Part shown: positions 1 through 15,975 of the stretch, piece by piece
Position numbering within the stretch: the stretch's first letter is position 1
How the letters are laid out: each line of letters opens with the position of its first letter
From: Streblomastix strix
Taxonomy: Eukaryota
Reading direction: 5' to 3'
DNA: 34,244 nt
NCBI GenBank assembly: GCA_008636045.1
Contig: SNRW01000053.1
Coordinates: 1 to 34,244 of the forward strand
Notes under the pieces: generated by a model
Seen by the model: the letters and a program-made list of their open reading frames with translations, nothing else
What the model was told of the DNA's origin: nothing
Database searches by the model: none
Position numbers and translations under genes: made by a program

Positions 1-259
1 TTCTATGAATTTCTTTACTATTTACAATAAATATTCTAATTATATAATATATATATAAATTTTATAATTTAAATTACATCTAATCTATTTTTCAATATTT
101 TTAAAGAATTTCATTTTTCTCATTTATAATTCAACATTTTTATTAGTTAATTATTTAAATCAATATTAATATTTTAAAATAACGATGCTTTATTTAATTT
201 ATACATTATTTTAAAATACTTAACAAATTTAAAAATAACTCATCAATCTTAAGAAATTT
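1..259. repeat. Left arm of long inverted repeat (partner 2839-3097)
   Basis: 1-259 is the reverse complement of 2839-3097; about 3 mismatches seen. The arm may extend beyond the window start. Confidence 0.9.
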
Positions 260-327
260 GAAATGAATGTATCTTCATTCTTTATTTTATTGATTTATAA
301 TAATATTAGTTATTATGTTTTATATCA

Positions 328-741
328 ATATGGACAATTTTCATCACAACCAATAGTTTATAAAATTTTTTATATTTTAATTTAAAATAATTTTAGTAGT
401 AAAAGTCACAAATTATATATATGTCAAAACTGCCAGGACATAAAATATTTTTTTGTTCAAAAATTTAAAAATTCAAATTTTTTAATTTTTTATGAGAATG
501 AAATTTGACTAAATTTATATATAATTAAATATAATTAACATTCACAGTTTTAAAAATAGTAAACAAATTTAAATTGCATCATTGATCGTAAAGTCGAAAA
601 AAAAAATAATTTAAAAATAACTATTTTATGTTCAGGCTGTTTTGAAATATATATAATTTGTGACTTTTACTACAAAAATTATTTTAAATTAAAATACAAA
701 AAATTTTATAGACTATTGGTTGTGACGAAAAATGGCCATAT
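328..741. mobile_element. MITE-like non-autonomous element with ~120-bp terminal inverted repeats
   Basis: 328-447 is an imperfect reverse complement of 622-741. Ends read TA|TGG...CCA|TA, consistent with a TA target duplication. No coding capacity seen. Confidence 0.65.
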
Positions 742-1236
742 ATTCAATTTTTACTCTTTATAAACTTATATATATATATATATATATAAATATATATATT
801 CATTATATTACACTTTTTTTTATATAATTATATATTAATTAAAAGATAAATTGTAAAATATGATAGATATGTCGTTAATAATATAGATTGATGAAAATTT
901 AATGTAGTAACTGTAGCATTTCATGCCGAAATTAGAAAAAATTCAATGATATTATCGAGATTTAAGTGGTTTGAATCAAAGCAGAAAATATTTTTTTGCA
1001 GTTTTTATTACTTTATTTATTTATTTATATTATCATTGGCAATTCAGATAAGGAGTAGTTTTATTAAGCATTCTTAATATCAATAGTGGAAATTTGTTTA
1101 TGAAGAGAGAAAGCTTAATTAGCTGCATTGTTCATAAAAAATGAAGAAATTGAAAGATATGCATGTATATAAATATTCATTTGTTATTTATTTTTTATAT
1201 TATAATATTTTTATAATTATGTAATAGAAGGATAAA

Positions 1237-1746
1237 ATGAAGGATATCAGAAAGAAGAGGAAATTGAATGAAATAGAAAATAAAAATAAAGAAGAAGATC
1301 AAAGTGACGATGAATAAAAGAATACAATATATGAATCAGATGAAGATTCAGAAGAAAGAGAAGAAAAAGTGAAAGAAATGAAATTAAAATATGCAGAGGA
1401 TGGTATCGATGAATAGTAGGATGAATTGAAATTATTTAAAGAAGCTGGAGATGGAAATAGTGGGAATGAATAAAAAGGAGGAGGAATAAAGAAGAAAACT
1501 AAGTCAATTCAGAAGGGGGATAGTAGTTATGATGAGAAAGATGATAAATAAAAGAAAAAGGAAACTAAGAAAGTGAAATAAAATGAAACTGAGGACGAAG
1601 GTGATGATGAATGGAAAGAAAATACTGAAAACAACAAATATCCTAAATAAGAAGAAGGACAATTAATCAAGATGATTGATATATATAATAAAATTTAAAA
1701 ATATGAGATTTGCTTTATCATAATTAAATCTTTTATTATTTAATGA
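1237..1746 (+). CDS. Hypothetical E/K/D-rich low-complexity protein (probably last exon; upstream exons from ~860 possible)
   Basis: With TAR=Gln the frame is open from ATG 1237 (MKDIRKKRKLNEIENK...) to TGA 1744-1746. It is preceded by intron-like GT...AG AT-rich segments. Confidence 0.4.
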
Positions 1747-1872
1747 ACTAACGGAAGTGAAAATAAAGGATTATTTTTGTGAAATGCTGTATTGCTTTAT
1801 CATAATTAAATCTTTTATTATTTAATGAACTAACGGAAGTGAAACTAAAGGTTTAATTTTGTGAAATGCTGT
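1710..1872 (+). repeat. Tandem duplication, 2 x 81 bp (period 82)
   Basis: ttgctttatcataattaaatc...gtgaaatgctgt at 1710-1790 and 1792-1872, with few mismatches. Confidence 0.9.
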
Positions 1873-2838
1873 TTTTCTAAATCATATTCTCTCATTAAAC
1901 AAGGTCTAGTCCGTATATTTGCTATAGTCAACATATATCGAATGTTGTACGTGAAACAATATCATATGAAACTGCTTCTTCTTCGTTGGTTTGTACGATT
2001 ACGAGAGACAACACAGCTGATTTCTCACGAAACAAGAAGTTGAACATGTTGATAATATCTACCATTTATGTATAAGAGATAGTTCCTGTTATATGAGAAG
2101 TGATAATATTAAAATAGAAATAATTAAATAGAAATGGTTATTCAAAAAATAACAATTACTCAATACCAGTTTATTTAGGATTTTATTTTTAGAATGTAGT
2201 CTAAAGTTTGTCATAGTTGAATTAATGCATTTCAACTTAAAATGAATTCTTCAAAAGCTCCGTAAACCACGCTCACATTCAGATTTTTCAGTAAACTCAA
2301 TAAAATATATGTATGTGATCCTGTAAGTCCAAGATCAGCCAAGAATAATCCGATCGGTGTTACTAGAACTGCAAGTTCTCCTCTAATTAAATAAATAAAA
2401 AAATAAATTGGAGCTAAAATAATAAAAATAATCAAACGTTTTTTCTGTGTCAAATGATTATAATGTCTATATAAGAACATTATTATCAGCTTGTTCATTG
2501 AATGCATTTGGGAAAACATAGAATTTCATTCAAAAATAAATAGTAAAATCTCTTGTTTCAAAAAAATTATAGTCATAATATCTAAATAAAATAAATATTT
2601 TATGATAACTATGCAGTATTAATATAATAACACAAATTTAAATAATAATTATATAATAAATTGTTCAAAAATGCTTAATAAATCGAAATTTTAACAATTT
2701 AAATTCTCATTATAATCTGGTGATCATAAAATAGACATTAATAATAAAATTATGTTTAAAATTAATGATTATAACCTGAAACATATTAATGAGTATGATA
2801 TTAAATTAATTAGATATGTGATGAAGTTTAGGTCTCTT

Positions 2839-3097
2839 AAATTTCTTAAGATTGATGAGTTATTTTTAAATTTGCTAAGTATTTTAAAATAATGTATAAA
2901 TTAAATAAAGCATCGTTATTTTAAAACATTAATATTGATTTAAATAATTAACTAATAAAAATGTTGAATAATAAATGAGAAAAATGAAATTCTTTAAAAA
3001 TATTGAAAAATAGATTAGATGTAATTTAAATTATAAAATTTATATATATATTATATAATTAGAATATTTATTGTAAATAGTAAAGAAATTCATAGAA
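2839..3097. repeat. Right arm of long inverted repeat (partner 1-259)
   Basis: Reverse complement of 1-259. Confidence 0.9.
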
Positions 3098-3263
3098 AAT
3101 AGCAGCAGAGCTCTCTAGTTATAGACTAAATTCTAAAAAAATATAAAAAAACTGATCTTTTCCAAACGACTACAAATTGACCTGGAAATTTTTTATATTG
3201 ATGTATTAATTATTTTAATACAGAATTTATATTTAAATTTTAGTTTCATGCAGCAGGTCATTT

Positions 3264-3389
3264 TTTCCACAATAGAAATATTCAATTCTTTCATTGAAAT
3301 ATTCATTTCTATAATTGAAATATTCCTTTCCATCATTGATATATTCCTTTCCATCATTGATATATTTTATTCCACAATAGAATTATTTT
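3264..3389. repeat. Minisatellite, 6 x 21 bp
   Basis: Units like tttccatcattgatatattcc start at 3264, 3285, 3306, 3327, 3348 and 3369. The minus strand reads as heptads (NISMMER-like). Confidence 0.85.
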
Positions 3390-5023
3390 GGGTGTATAGC
3401 ACATGAAAATAAAGATCCAAAAATAGCATCATTATGTATCAAAATGAGATAGTATGCAATTAAATATAATCTACTCATGACAGTTAGTGATGAAAAAATA
3501 TATAAATTACTTCGAGAATGTATTACAGGTGGTCTTGCAGCAGTATTTCATAGTGAGAATATAGCAATTAAAACTCATATAAATGAGTTCATTTATGATG
3601 AATAATCAAATAAAATGATCTCATTAGACAATGAAAATGTTACTACTCATGTAATTTCTCTTAATGGTAATAGTCTTTATCCAAGTTCATATTCATCAGT
3701 TAAAATTGAAAATATTCCTTACACTGACCATAGAATGTATATTACTGGAAGATCGAGATTTTATTCAGAAAAACCATATGTAATCAAAAATTATATAGAT
3801 CAACGAAAGGTTATATTTGTAACAAAAGTCAGAGGTTATTTTCCTAAATCAGAGTACAATAACTTACTTGCATTACCACCTATCTTTAGAAATTTTGAGA
3901 TTGAAAACAAATATGAAATGATAGGCGAACATATGAATTCACAAGCACAAAAACATTCACTACCAATGACTAAAAAAGATAGAAAATTTACAACATTACT
4001 TGATACTAATGATTAGTTTATAGTTTTTAATAACTATTATTTTTGGCAACTAATTGATCTAAGTTTTATCATTATTGACTATAACGCTTTTGCAGTTTTT
4101 GAGAAAAATACGGTTTATGAGTCTTTTATTAGTACAATGATGAATTTAAGAAGATATGTAAAATTAGCAGAATCGTCTAAAGAAAAATCCTATAAATTAA
4201 TAATATGCGCTTCTTATGGATATGAGACAATAAACACAGAGAAGTTTAGTAAAATAAAATTATTAGATAAAGCTGATACTTTCATTGCATAACTTCACCA
4301 TAATCATATTGGTTCCAGATATATTAGTGCTAACACATTAGTAGCTTAAATTAAAACAAAAATCGGCAACTTGTTTTACATCACTTTAATCTGGTGTCTT
4401 TACTTTAGATAATGCAAAATATTGGAATCCCAATTATATTTATAACTTCATGTATAAATGTATAAACCACAAACGATTTCATTTTGTTTTTGCAAATACT
4501 GATTCAATTTATATAGCTATTGCAGGAGATCAAAATAAAGTTTGTCATCAATAATTTGAATCAAAAGTGATAGATAAACAATTCTATGTCTAACACATAT
4601 ATAAAAATATTTGACAAATCTTAATAAAGATATCTATGACTATAGAAAGATACTTGGATTTGGAATTGAAAATGAAGGATATGAACTTACATCTCTAAGA
4701 TATAAGTGCAATTCAATGATTATACACAAATGGAACAAAGAAAATTGAAAATTTGAATTCAAACTAAAAATTACGTCTAAAGGAATTAATAAAACATAAC
4801 AAATATCTCATAATGATTACGTCAATGTAATTAATAAAGATATAGAGAAAAAACCAATTAATGGAACATAAAAATATACGATAATGTTACAAGCAACATT
4901 CAAGTAGAAAAGTATGCACTAATTTAATTCAATAATAAATCAAAAGTACATAGAAATTAATGTTGTTGTCCATATATTCAAGGATTATCAGCTTATGATT
5001 ATAAAATCAAAGATTATTAATGA
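3390..5023 (+). pseudogene. Protein-primed family B DNA polymerase, 5'-truncated and frameshifted
   Basis: RECITGG, motif A NGNSLYPS (3663), motif B YKLIICASYG (4191), motif C ANTDS (4492), later SKG. Frameshifts near 4360, 4605 and 4875; internal TGA near 4746; final TGA 5021-5023. Confidence 0.85.
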
Positions 5024-5577
5024 AACATTATTATTTTTTTATTTAATTTTAAATGGATAATCATTTAAAACAGTGAAATGAAATTATTTCTAATGCTAAA
5101 AAGATCAAGTAGCTAGTGGAAATATAATCATAACTATAATAACTTGAAAATTTACTGAATTAATGTTAATGGAAAACGAATTCAAAAAACAAGTCAAATT
5201 ATTAATAAAATAAAACTATTCTAATCAAATATAAAAAAATGATTAACCAATTTTGAAGATTCCGTCTGAACTTTAATCTTTGATCTAACCTGAACCAAAA
5301 GATAAAAAACAAAGCTAATTAATTATTTATATTAATAAACTTAATAATTTAAAGTAGTAGGTAATAGTTATAGTTAGTGAATGGAAGTAATTCAATTCAA
5401 ATAATGATATAGTTTCTAATACAAAAATAAATGGGATGCTTTAATAAGAAAACATTAATTCGAAATAGTAATTTTATAACAGTTTTCTGAATAATAAGTT
5501 TAATTAAAAACAGTTCAAAGTATTGGATTAAATGTCATAAAACATTAACCTTGCAGATTAAGCTGTTATATATTGGT

Positions 5578-6666
5578 ATGATTAATATATATTATAATAT
5601 TCTGAGAAATGTCCATAGAAAATTTATGTTTTGTAACTCTAACCAAAGAAATCAAATAAATAATCTAAGAAAGATAACATATTCCAAAAAATATCATAAA
5701 ATCACTACCCTTTCAAATCAAATTATGACTTCAAAAGTAAAAAAAAATTACTATTATATATTATCTTACTAAACTAAGAACTAATTTGATATTTATCCTC
5801 AAACTAATACACTGGAATCTCATGACTATTAACTAAAACCACTAGCGAAATTTGAAAGACCATACTTCTCACTCAACTACAATTCTTGGAAAATAGAATA
5901 AATATTCATAATGAAAAATAAATAAGGAATAAAACAATATCTGTTCCCTATTACTGTAAACACTAAATATTTAGTAGTAATACCAGTGAAATCTAAATCA
6001 TAAATTATAATATTTGAAGCTCTAAAATAGCATATATCACTTGTTTAGATTAATGATATCAGAGGAGATGGAAAGAAATCTTATACATCAAAATTACTAA
6101 ACGATTTCTATATAGAAAATAAGATAAATATATTCTTCAAAGATAGTAAATTCACAAATCATAATAGAGTTATTGACGTAGTAAACCGACCAATTAGAAA
6201 CGCATTCAGTAATAATATTTACGAACATGCTAATGAATAATTAATGTAATAATCTGTTGTTTTATATAATCACTCTACACATTCTACTTATTAAAATAAG
6301 TACAGTCCAATATATGTTTAGAATGATAAGCGAATAGAAGGGTAATACATCTATCGTTAATAATAATTAAATGATGCATAAAGATTTTAAAAATATTACG
6401 GTCAAAAATAATATCATAAATGTAATATTTTACTAGCACACATTGATACGGTAAAGACAAAACACTAATTTGATAAAATTAGACGCAATTTCAATAATAT
6501 TGATATATTTATTGAATATGTTAATAGTTACATTAAAGTTGAAATATTGAATCTATACAGTGAATTATATACAGTAGTATTACAAAGATTCTTTACAAAA
6601 TTAATGGCAAAAAATATATGTTAATTAGAAATTGAATATGAAAAATACTTTAGATTTAAATTATGA
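5578..6666 (+). pseudogene. Retroviral-type (Polinton) integrase, probably inactive
   Basis: With TAR=Gln the frame is open to TGA 6664-6666: RPYFS..NSWKIE, NTKYLVVIPVKSK, IRGDG, NHNRVIDVVNRPIRN, LYNHSTHS..KYSP. The first catalytic Asp appears replaced by Glu. True start uncertain. Confidence 0.75.
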
Positions 6667-6686
6667 ATTAATTTTTTATTATTGAA

Positions 6687-6989
6687 ATGGAAACAACTTC
6701 CTTGATTTAACAGCAAATAAATGAAGAATAAATTGAAAAGAGATCAGTTGGAAGACCGAAGAAATACTTCAATGATGATGATGGAAAGGAAGCAATATGT
6801 AAACAACAGTTTGCAACAAAGAGAAGATATGCATAAAAGAAAGCCTAGATTTAAAGTCGAAATAACATTATGCAAAAATATTTAATGAAACTATTATCTG
6901 ACCATAATTTTAAAGAAGATGTTATGAGTTATATGTTAGAATAGTTGTCATCATATTTAGAATTAAATATCATATAGAAGAATAATTGA
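6687..6989 (+). CDS. Small basic protein with AT-hook motif (element accessory gene), 100 aa
   Basis: METTSLIQQQINEEQIEKRSVGRPKKYFNDDDG... open to TGA 6987-6989. GRP core flanked by K/R. Confidence 0.6.
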
Positions 6990-7220
6990 TTTAAATTAAT
7001 TTTTTTATCTGATTGAAAATGATATTCGAAATAATAGTCAGTACATCACAAATAATCATAGCATTAATTGAGATAGCTAATCTGTTTTTGATTAGTAATG
7101 CTATAAGTTTAGTAAATAAATAATAAAAACCCACTCAAAATGGGTAAGCGGAAAAAATTAATCTGATTTTTTGTCTATATTTAATTGAGAAAATATATTG
7201 TTTATTTTTGTTCCGACAAA

Positions 7221-7969
7221 ATGGCGTAAATTTTATATCCAAGATATTCATAAACACCAATTCCCACAATTATAGAAGAATGTTTACCATTAGAAAAAAA
7301 TTAGTAAACATCTACTTACTCACAATAGCAATCCAGCAGAAGAAGAAGAAGCTCAATATTTGAAGATGTGTTAGGGGCCGATTAATCAATACGTAAATGG
7401 TTATTGGATATAGTTAGTGAAGATGAACATATGTTAAAAGACTCAACTCATTTCATTTTATCTGAACCTTAACATATTCGTGTTGTAGCACATACATTTG
7501 ATGTTAATGAATAATAATTTAAACTGAATGAAGATATTAATATATGCTGCACTAAATTCATGAATGATGGTACTATAACATTAGCTGAGATTTATATTGG
7601 AAACGTAAATATTTATGCATTAAATGAGAATAATGTTAATCTATTAAGAGATACTTAGTAGTTATGCTTGAAGAAAGAATAAAAAATAACATCTATTTTA
7701 GATTTAAGCGAGATATTATCAAGAGTAATGTAAGCAGAATCGAAAGGATTACTAGCTGTTTTAAATAAAATTTAAGAGCATTTATGCCGCCAGCATTGCT
7801 GGCATATAGTTTAAGTTGTTTACTTTTGAATTAATAGCACAATGTGAAGCATATGTTACTGATGTTATTTAAATTCATGATGAAACATTATTTGGGAATA
7901 GTAGATATAATAAGGTTGGATTAGTAGAATAAGTTCAAAACATTAATTAACAAATTATTATTATAAATA
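7221..7969 (+). pseudogene. Frameshifted unknown element ORF (possibly N-terminal part of the fibre gene)
   Basis: ATG 7221 MAQILYPRYSQTPIPTIIEECLP...; coding-like segments switch frames several times. Confidence 0.4.
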
Positions 7970-9915
7970 ATGCAACGGAATCATGACCAACAACAAATGG
8001 ATGCACTCTTATTATTGAAAGCTAATGTTGCGGATATTGTGTTTAATAATACTAAGACAGAAGATGTTGCTCTTCTATTATTGAAAGCTGTTAAATCTGA
8101 ACAAATTGACTCATATTCCAAGACAGAAGATGATTCTCTGTTATTATTGAAAGCTGATATGTCAGACACTTATTCCAAATATGAAGATGATGCGCTTATA
8201 TTATAGAAAGCAAATGTTGCTGATATTACGGGTAGTTTTTCTAAGACAGAAGATGGTGTAATCTTATTACTGAAAGCTAATGTTGCCGATTTGACTAATT
8301 ATGTTGATTTAACTACTGCATAATCAATATCTGTACAAAAATAATTTGGAACAATTAGTGATTAAACCATATCAAAATTAAGTAAAAACGACGCTTCTAT
8401 ATTTCTTGATGGAGGTGGCATTATGTTAGTAAGTTCACTAGTAACACAACTATAATTATAGGAAGTTAGAGATATAGAAACTGGTAAATCTAAAGGATAT
8501 TTATTCTAGATATATGGAGAATTGAATGATTAAATGGCTATTCAAGACAATGTTGCAAAACTAGTGATTGGATATAATTTATATATTGTTGATAAGGAAG
8601 TTACTGATTATTAGTGGGATGGAACTGACTTAAAAGTACTAGAAACTGAATTAACTGATATGAATATTGTTATAACAACACATGGAGCTGCTACTGGAGG
8701 AGATAATGCAAAAATTGGTTTATCAATTGATAGAAACACATTAACATCTGCAAAAAATACTATATTTGTTACTACAAGATTTGATCAATCTATTACCAGA
8801 ATGAATACATTTACAAGTGCAATTATTTCTAATGATATTCAATACTCATAATACGATAGTTGATTTCTATTTCTTGCTGGTGATTGAGTTAGTTCAATAT
8901 CTGATATAAATACAAGTGCTGATTTGAGAAATTATTACAATAAAACATTAACATATTCTTTAACTGAAACAAACAATCCGTTAAATATTAAGTTTGAAAT
9001 AGGAGTAACTTATAGCAAAAGTGAAACATATGCCAGAGACGAAGTCTTTACTAAAACTGAAACAAATAGTCTATTAAACTATAATGTAAATTAATCAACA
9101 ACATATATAAAAACAGAAACTGATCAATTGATATCTTTGATTGATATAGATGATACTGATTAGAGTAATTATTACACAAAAACAAAAACAGGTGAATTAT
9201 TGGATGATAAATTAGGTACAACTGATCTGGCTAATTCTGCAACATTAAGTACTTCATAGACAATAACAGCAAATACGGCATTCAATAATAGTTGCAGATT
9301 CGTAAGTTCCATTGATGGAATGTCAACAGTTACTGGGTCATCATCTATCAAATCTAGTGCTGATAATACTGTAGATTTTCTCTGAGCTCGTGATACTAAA
9401 CCAATATCTGGATTTGATAGGGCTCCAACGGATTTATCAAATAATTATAGCAAATTTGAAACGTACTCAAGAACTGAAATAGATAATAATTATTCAAGAA
9501 TTTAAGGTTCAATTTAATAAACAATAACAGGAAGATTAAAATATGTAAGTCCATTTGGTGCGACATATGACGAAACATAAGACCCAGTTACTAATACTTA
9601 TTTGACTATTTCTGAAATAGACGCAAAATTATCTTCTAAAATGGGTTCGAGAACATTAGGCAATTTAGTTATTACGATATAAAATTAGACTGTTAATGGA
9701 TCTAAGACATTTACGAGTAATGTTAATGCCACAAGCTTGGTGAAAGCAGGCAAAGATGTTGCTTCAGTTCTTCTAGATGGTGGAGGAGATAGATTATTAT
9801 CATCATTTAGAGAAATTGAAATTCTAATATCATCTGCATTTTCTAGTATGAATGGAGCAGTTATATCTTATAATTAAATCAATAAAACCAACAACTTTAT
9901 ATATATAATTTTTAG
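7970..9915 (+). pseudogene. Phage tail-fibre-like repeat protein
   Basis: One frame with YSKTEDDxLLLLKA repeats, YYTKT/YSRTE repeats, three to four 'Q.I.G.KTF...L.GGG' modules and WDGTDL. In-frame TGA at 8861, 8885 and 9383. Confidence 0.65.
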
Positions 9916-10539
9916 GAAGAAAAAAAAAAAATAAACATATATATACTTAAATTTTGTTAGTCTAAATTATAATGATAATTATTGTGGTGTATCGTACAAC
10001 TGAAATATAATATTTTTAAATTCAGAAATATTGTAGAACTGAAAATTTTTGTGTAAATTTACTCTCAAACTGATTACCATAAGGGACATAAAAAAATAGT
10101 TAGGAAAAATTAATATCAGTCTACTTTCATACTACATATATCTAATTATACTTATTTTATTGTGTTTGTTCATGAGTATAGTCGAAACAAAGCAATTTTT
10201 TCTGATATTAGGAGCGAATAATGGAGGAAAATAAAAACCAAAAAGAATCCGTATAAGTAGTTGCTTAAATATTAATCCAAACCATCAAACATTTTTATTT
10301 AAATAAGTTTATATACCAATTTACTAATATCTTATAAAAAATGCTTCATTATATTAGAAACATGACATTTTAAAAACATTCGCGATACGCATGATACAAA
10401 CAAAATTTCAATTAAAACTGTTGCTATAGCAAATTTATTTCATTCTGCTTACTTTAATTTATATTTAATATTATTTATTACACAGAAAATGACTGTGTTT
10501 ATTAGTATTTTGAAACAAATTTAATTTGTTAGGAAGACT

Positions 10540-15095
<4,556 letters not shown>

Positions 15096-15314
15096 GATTT
15101 TTTTAGAAGCAATCGTACATTTGTGTTAATTTCTGTAAATATTTTAAATATCAATTAACTTATCATTCAGTTTATTTACAATTACTTTTCAAAATAAAAT
15201 TAAAATAAATATATTCTATTTGAAGAAGAAATATATATATATATATATTTACTATTTCTGTTTAAATTCTTTCAATGGTTAAAAATAATAACATTTTTAC
15301 AATAAAAAAATGGT

Positions 15315-15627
15315 TTTCATAAAATCCAAATTGTACCCCTTGTGTGATACCAATATCCATACAACTTAAATTTCTATAAGATTCAAGTTGTGTTCCATTA
15401 TATTTCATACAATAATATATAAATTGTGATCCAACAGATAACTGTTCTTTTCCTCGATTTCCTCATCAATCATATTATATTTTATCAAATGTGAAAAAAC
15501 CAAACCTTAAAGTGTATCAATCTACCATATTTCACGAAACTAATTTTTACCTAAAAAATAGTTGGCCTAGGCTGGTGAACGATTTTTGGATTTCATAAAA
15601 TCCAAATTGTACCCCTTGTGTGATACC
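15315..15627 (+). repeat. Exact 37-bp direct repeat pair
   Basis: tttcataaaatccaaattgtaccccttgtgtgatacc at 15315-15351 and 15591-15627. Confidence 0.85.
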
Positions 15628-15975
15628 TAGATCTATATATCTTACATTTATGTTTGTTAATTTATTTATTTTCAAATTATAAATGTGTCAACGTGCATAA
15701 TTACATTAAATTTAATTATAATTTTTTGAAAATATTAATTAACCAACAAATATAAATATATTTATTTAATTAATACGTTACTATTGGTTTGAGATGTAAT
15801 TTTTATTAAAATTTGCTATTTTTATGTATAATTCATATTTTTTATTATAATTTATTTTGGTATATTTTAATTTTAATATTTTTATCTATATTTTAGTTAA
15901 ATGTATTAATTTGAATAGCAGTTCAGAGACAGTCAAACTATTTACGATGAATATATGCAAAAGAAAAGTGTGAAA

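Larger units (their letters stand above)
3390..9915 (+). mobile_element. Degenerate Polinton/Maverick-like endogenous viral element (fragment)
   Basis: Co-oriented, intronless pPolB, integrase, AT-hook ORF and fibre-like gene with frameshifts and TGAs. No TIR, capsid or ATPase recognised. Boundaries approximate. Confidence 0.8.

Noticed and set aside
1861..2519. Short ORFs 1861-2043 (+) and 2232-2519 (-)
   Set aside because: No recognisable motifs or consistent gene model; possibly decayed fragments.
3264..3389. CRISPR-like array
   Set aside because: Contiguous tandem units without spacers, eukaryotic context, no cas genes.
5053..5490. Small ORF between pPolB and integrase
   Set aside because: Interrupted by TGA and frameshifts; no product assignable.
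8861..9385. TGA recoding (Trp/Sec) in the fibre gene
   Set aside because: The TGAs fall at positions where repeat modules suggest Ser/Gly, and the element is decayed elsewhere. Nonsense mutations are the simpler explanation.
9915..10539. Right terminal inverted repeat of the Polinton-like element
   Set aside because: No match to the left flank was found by eye.
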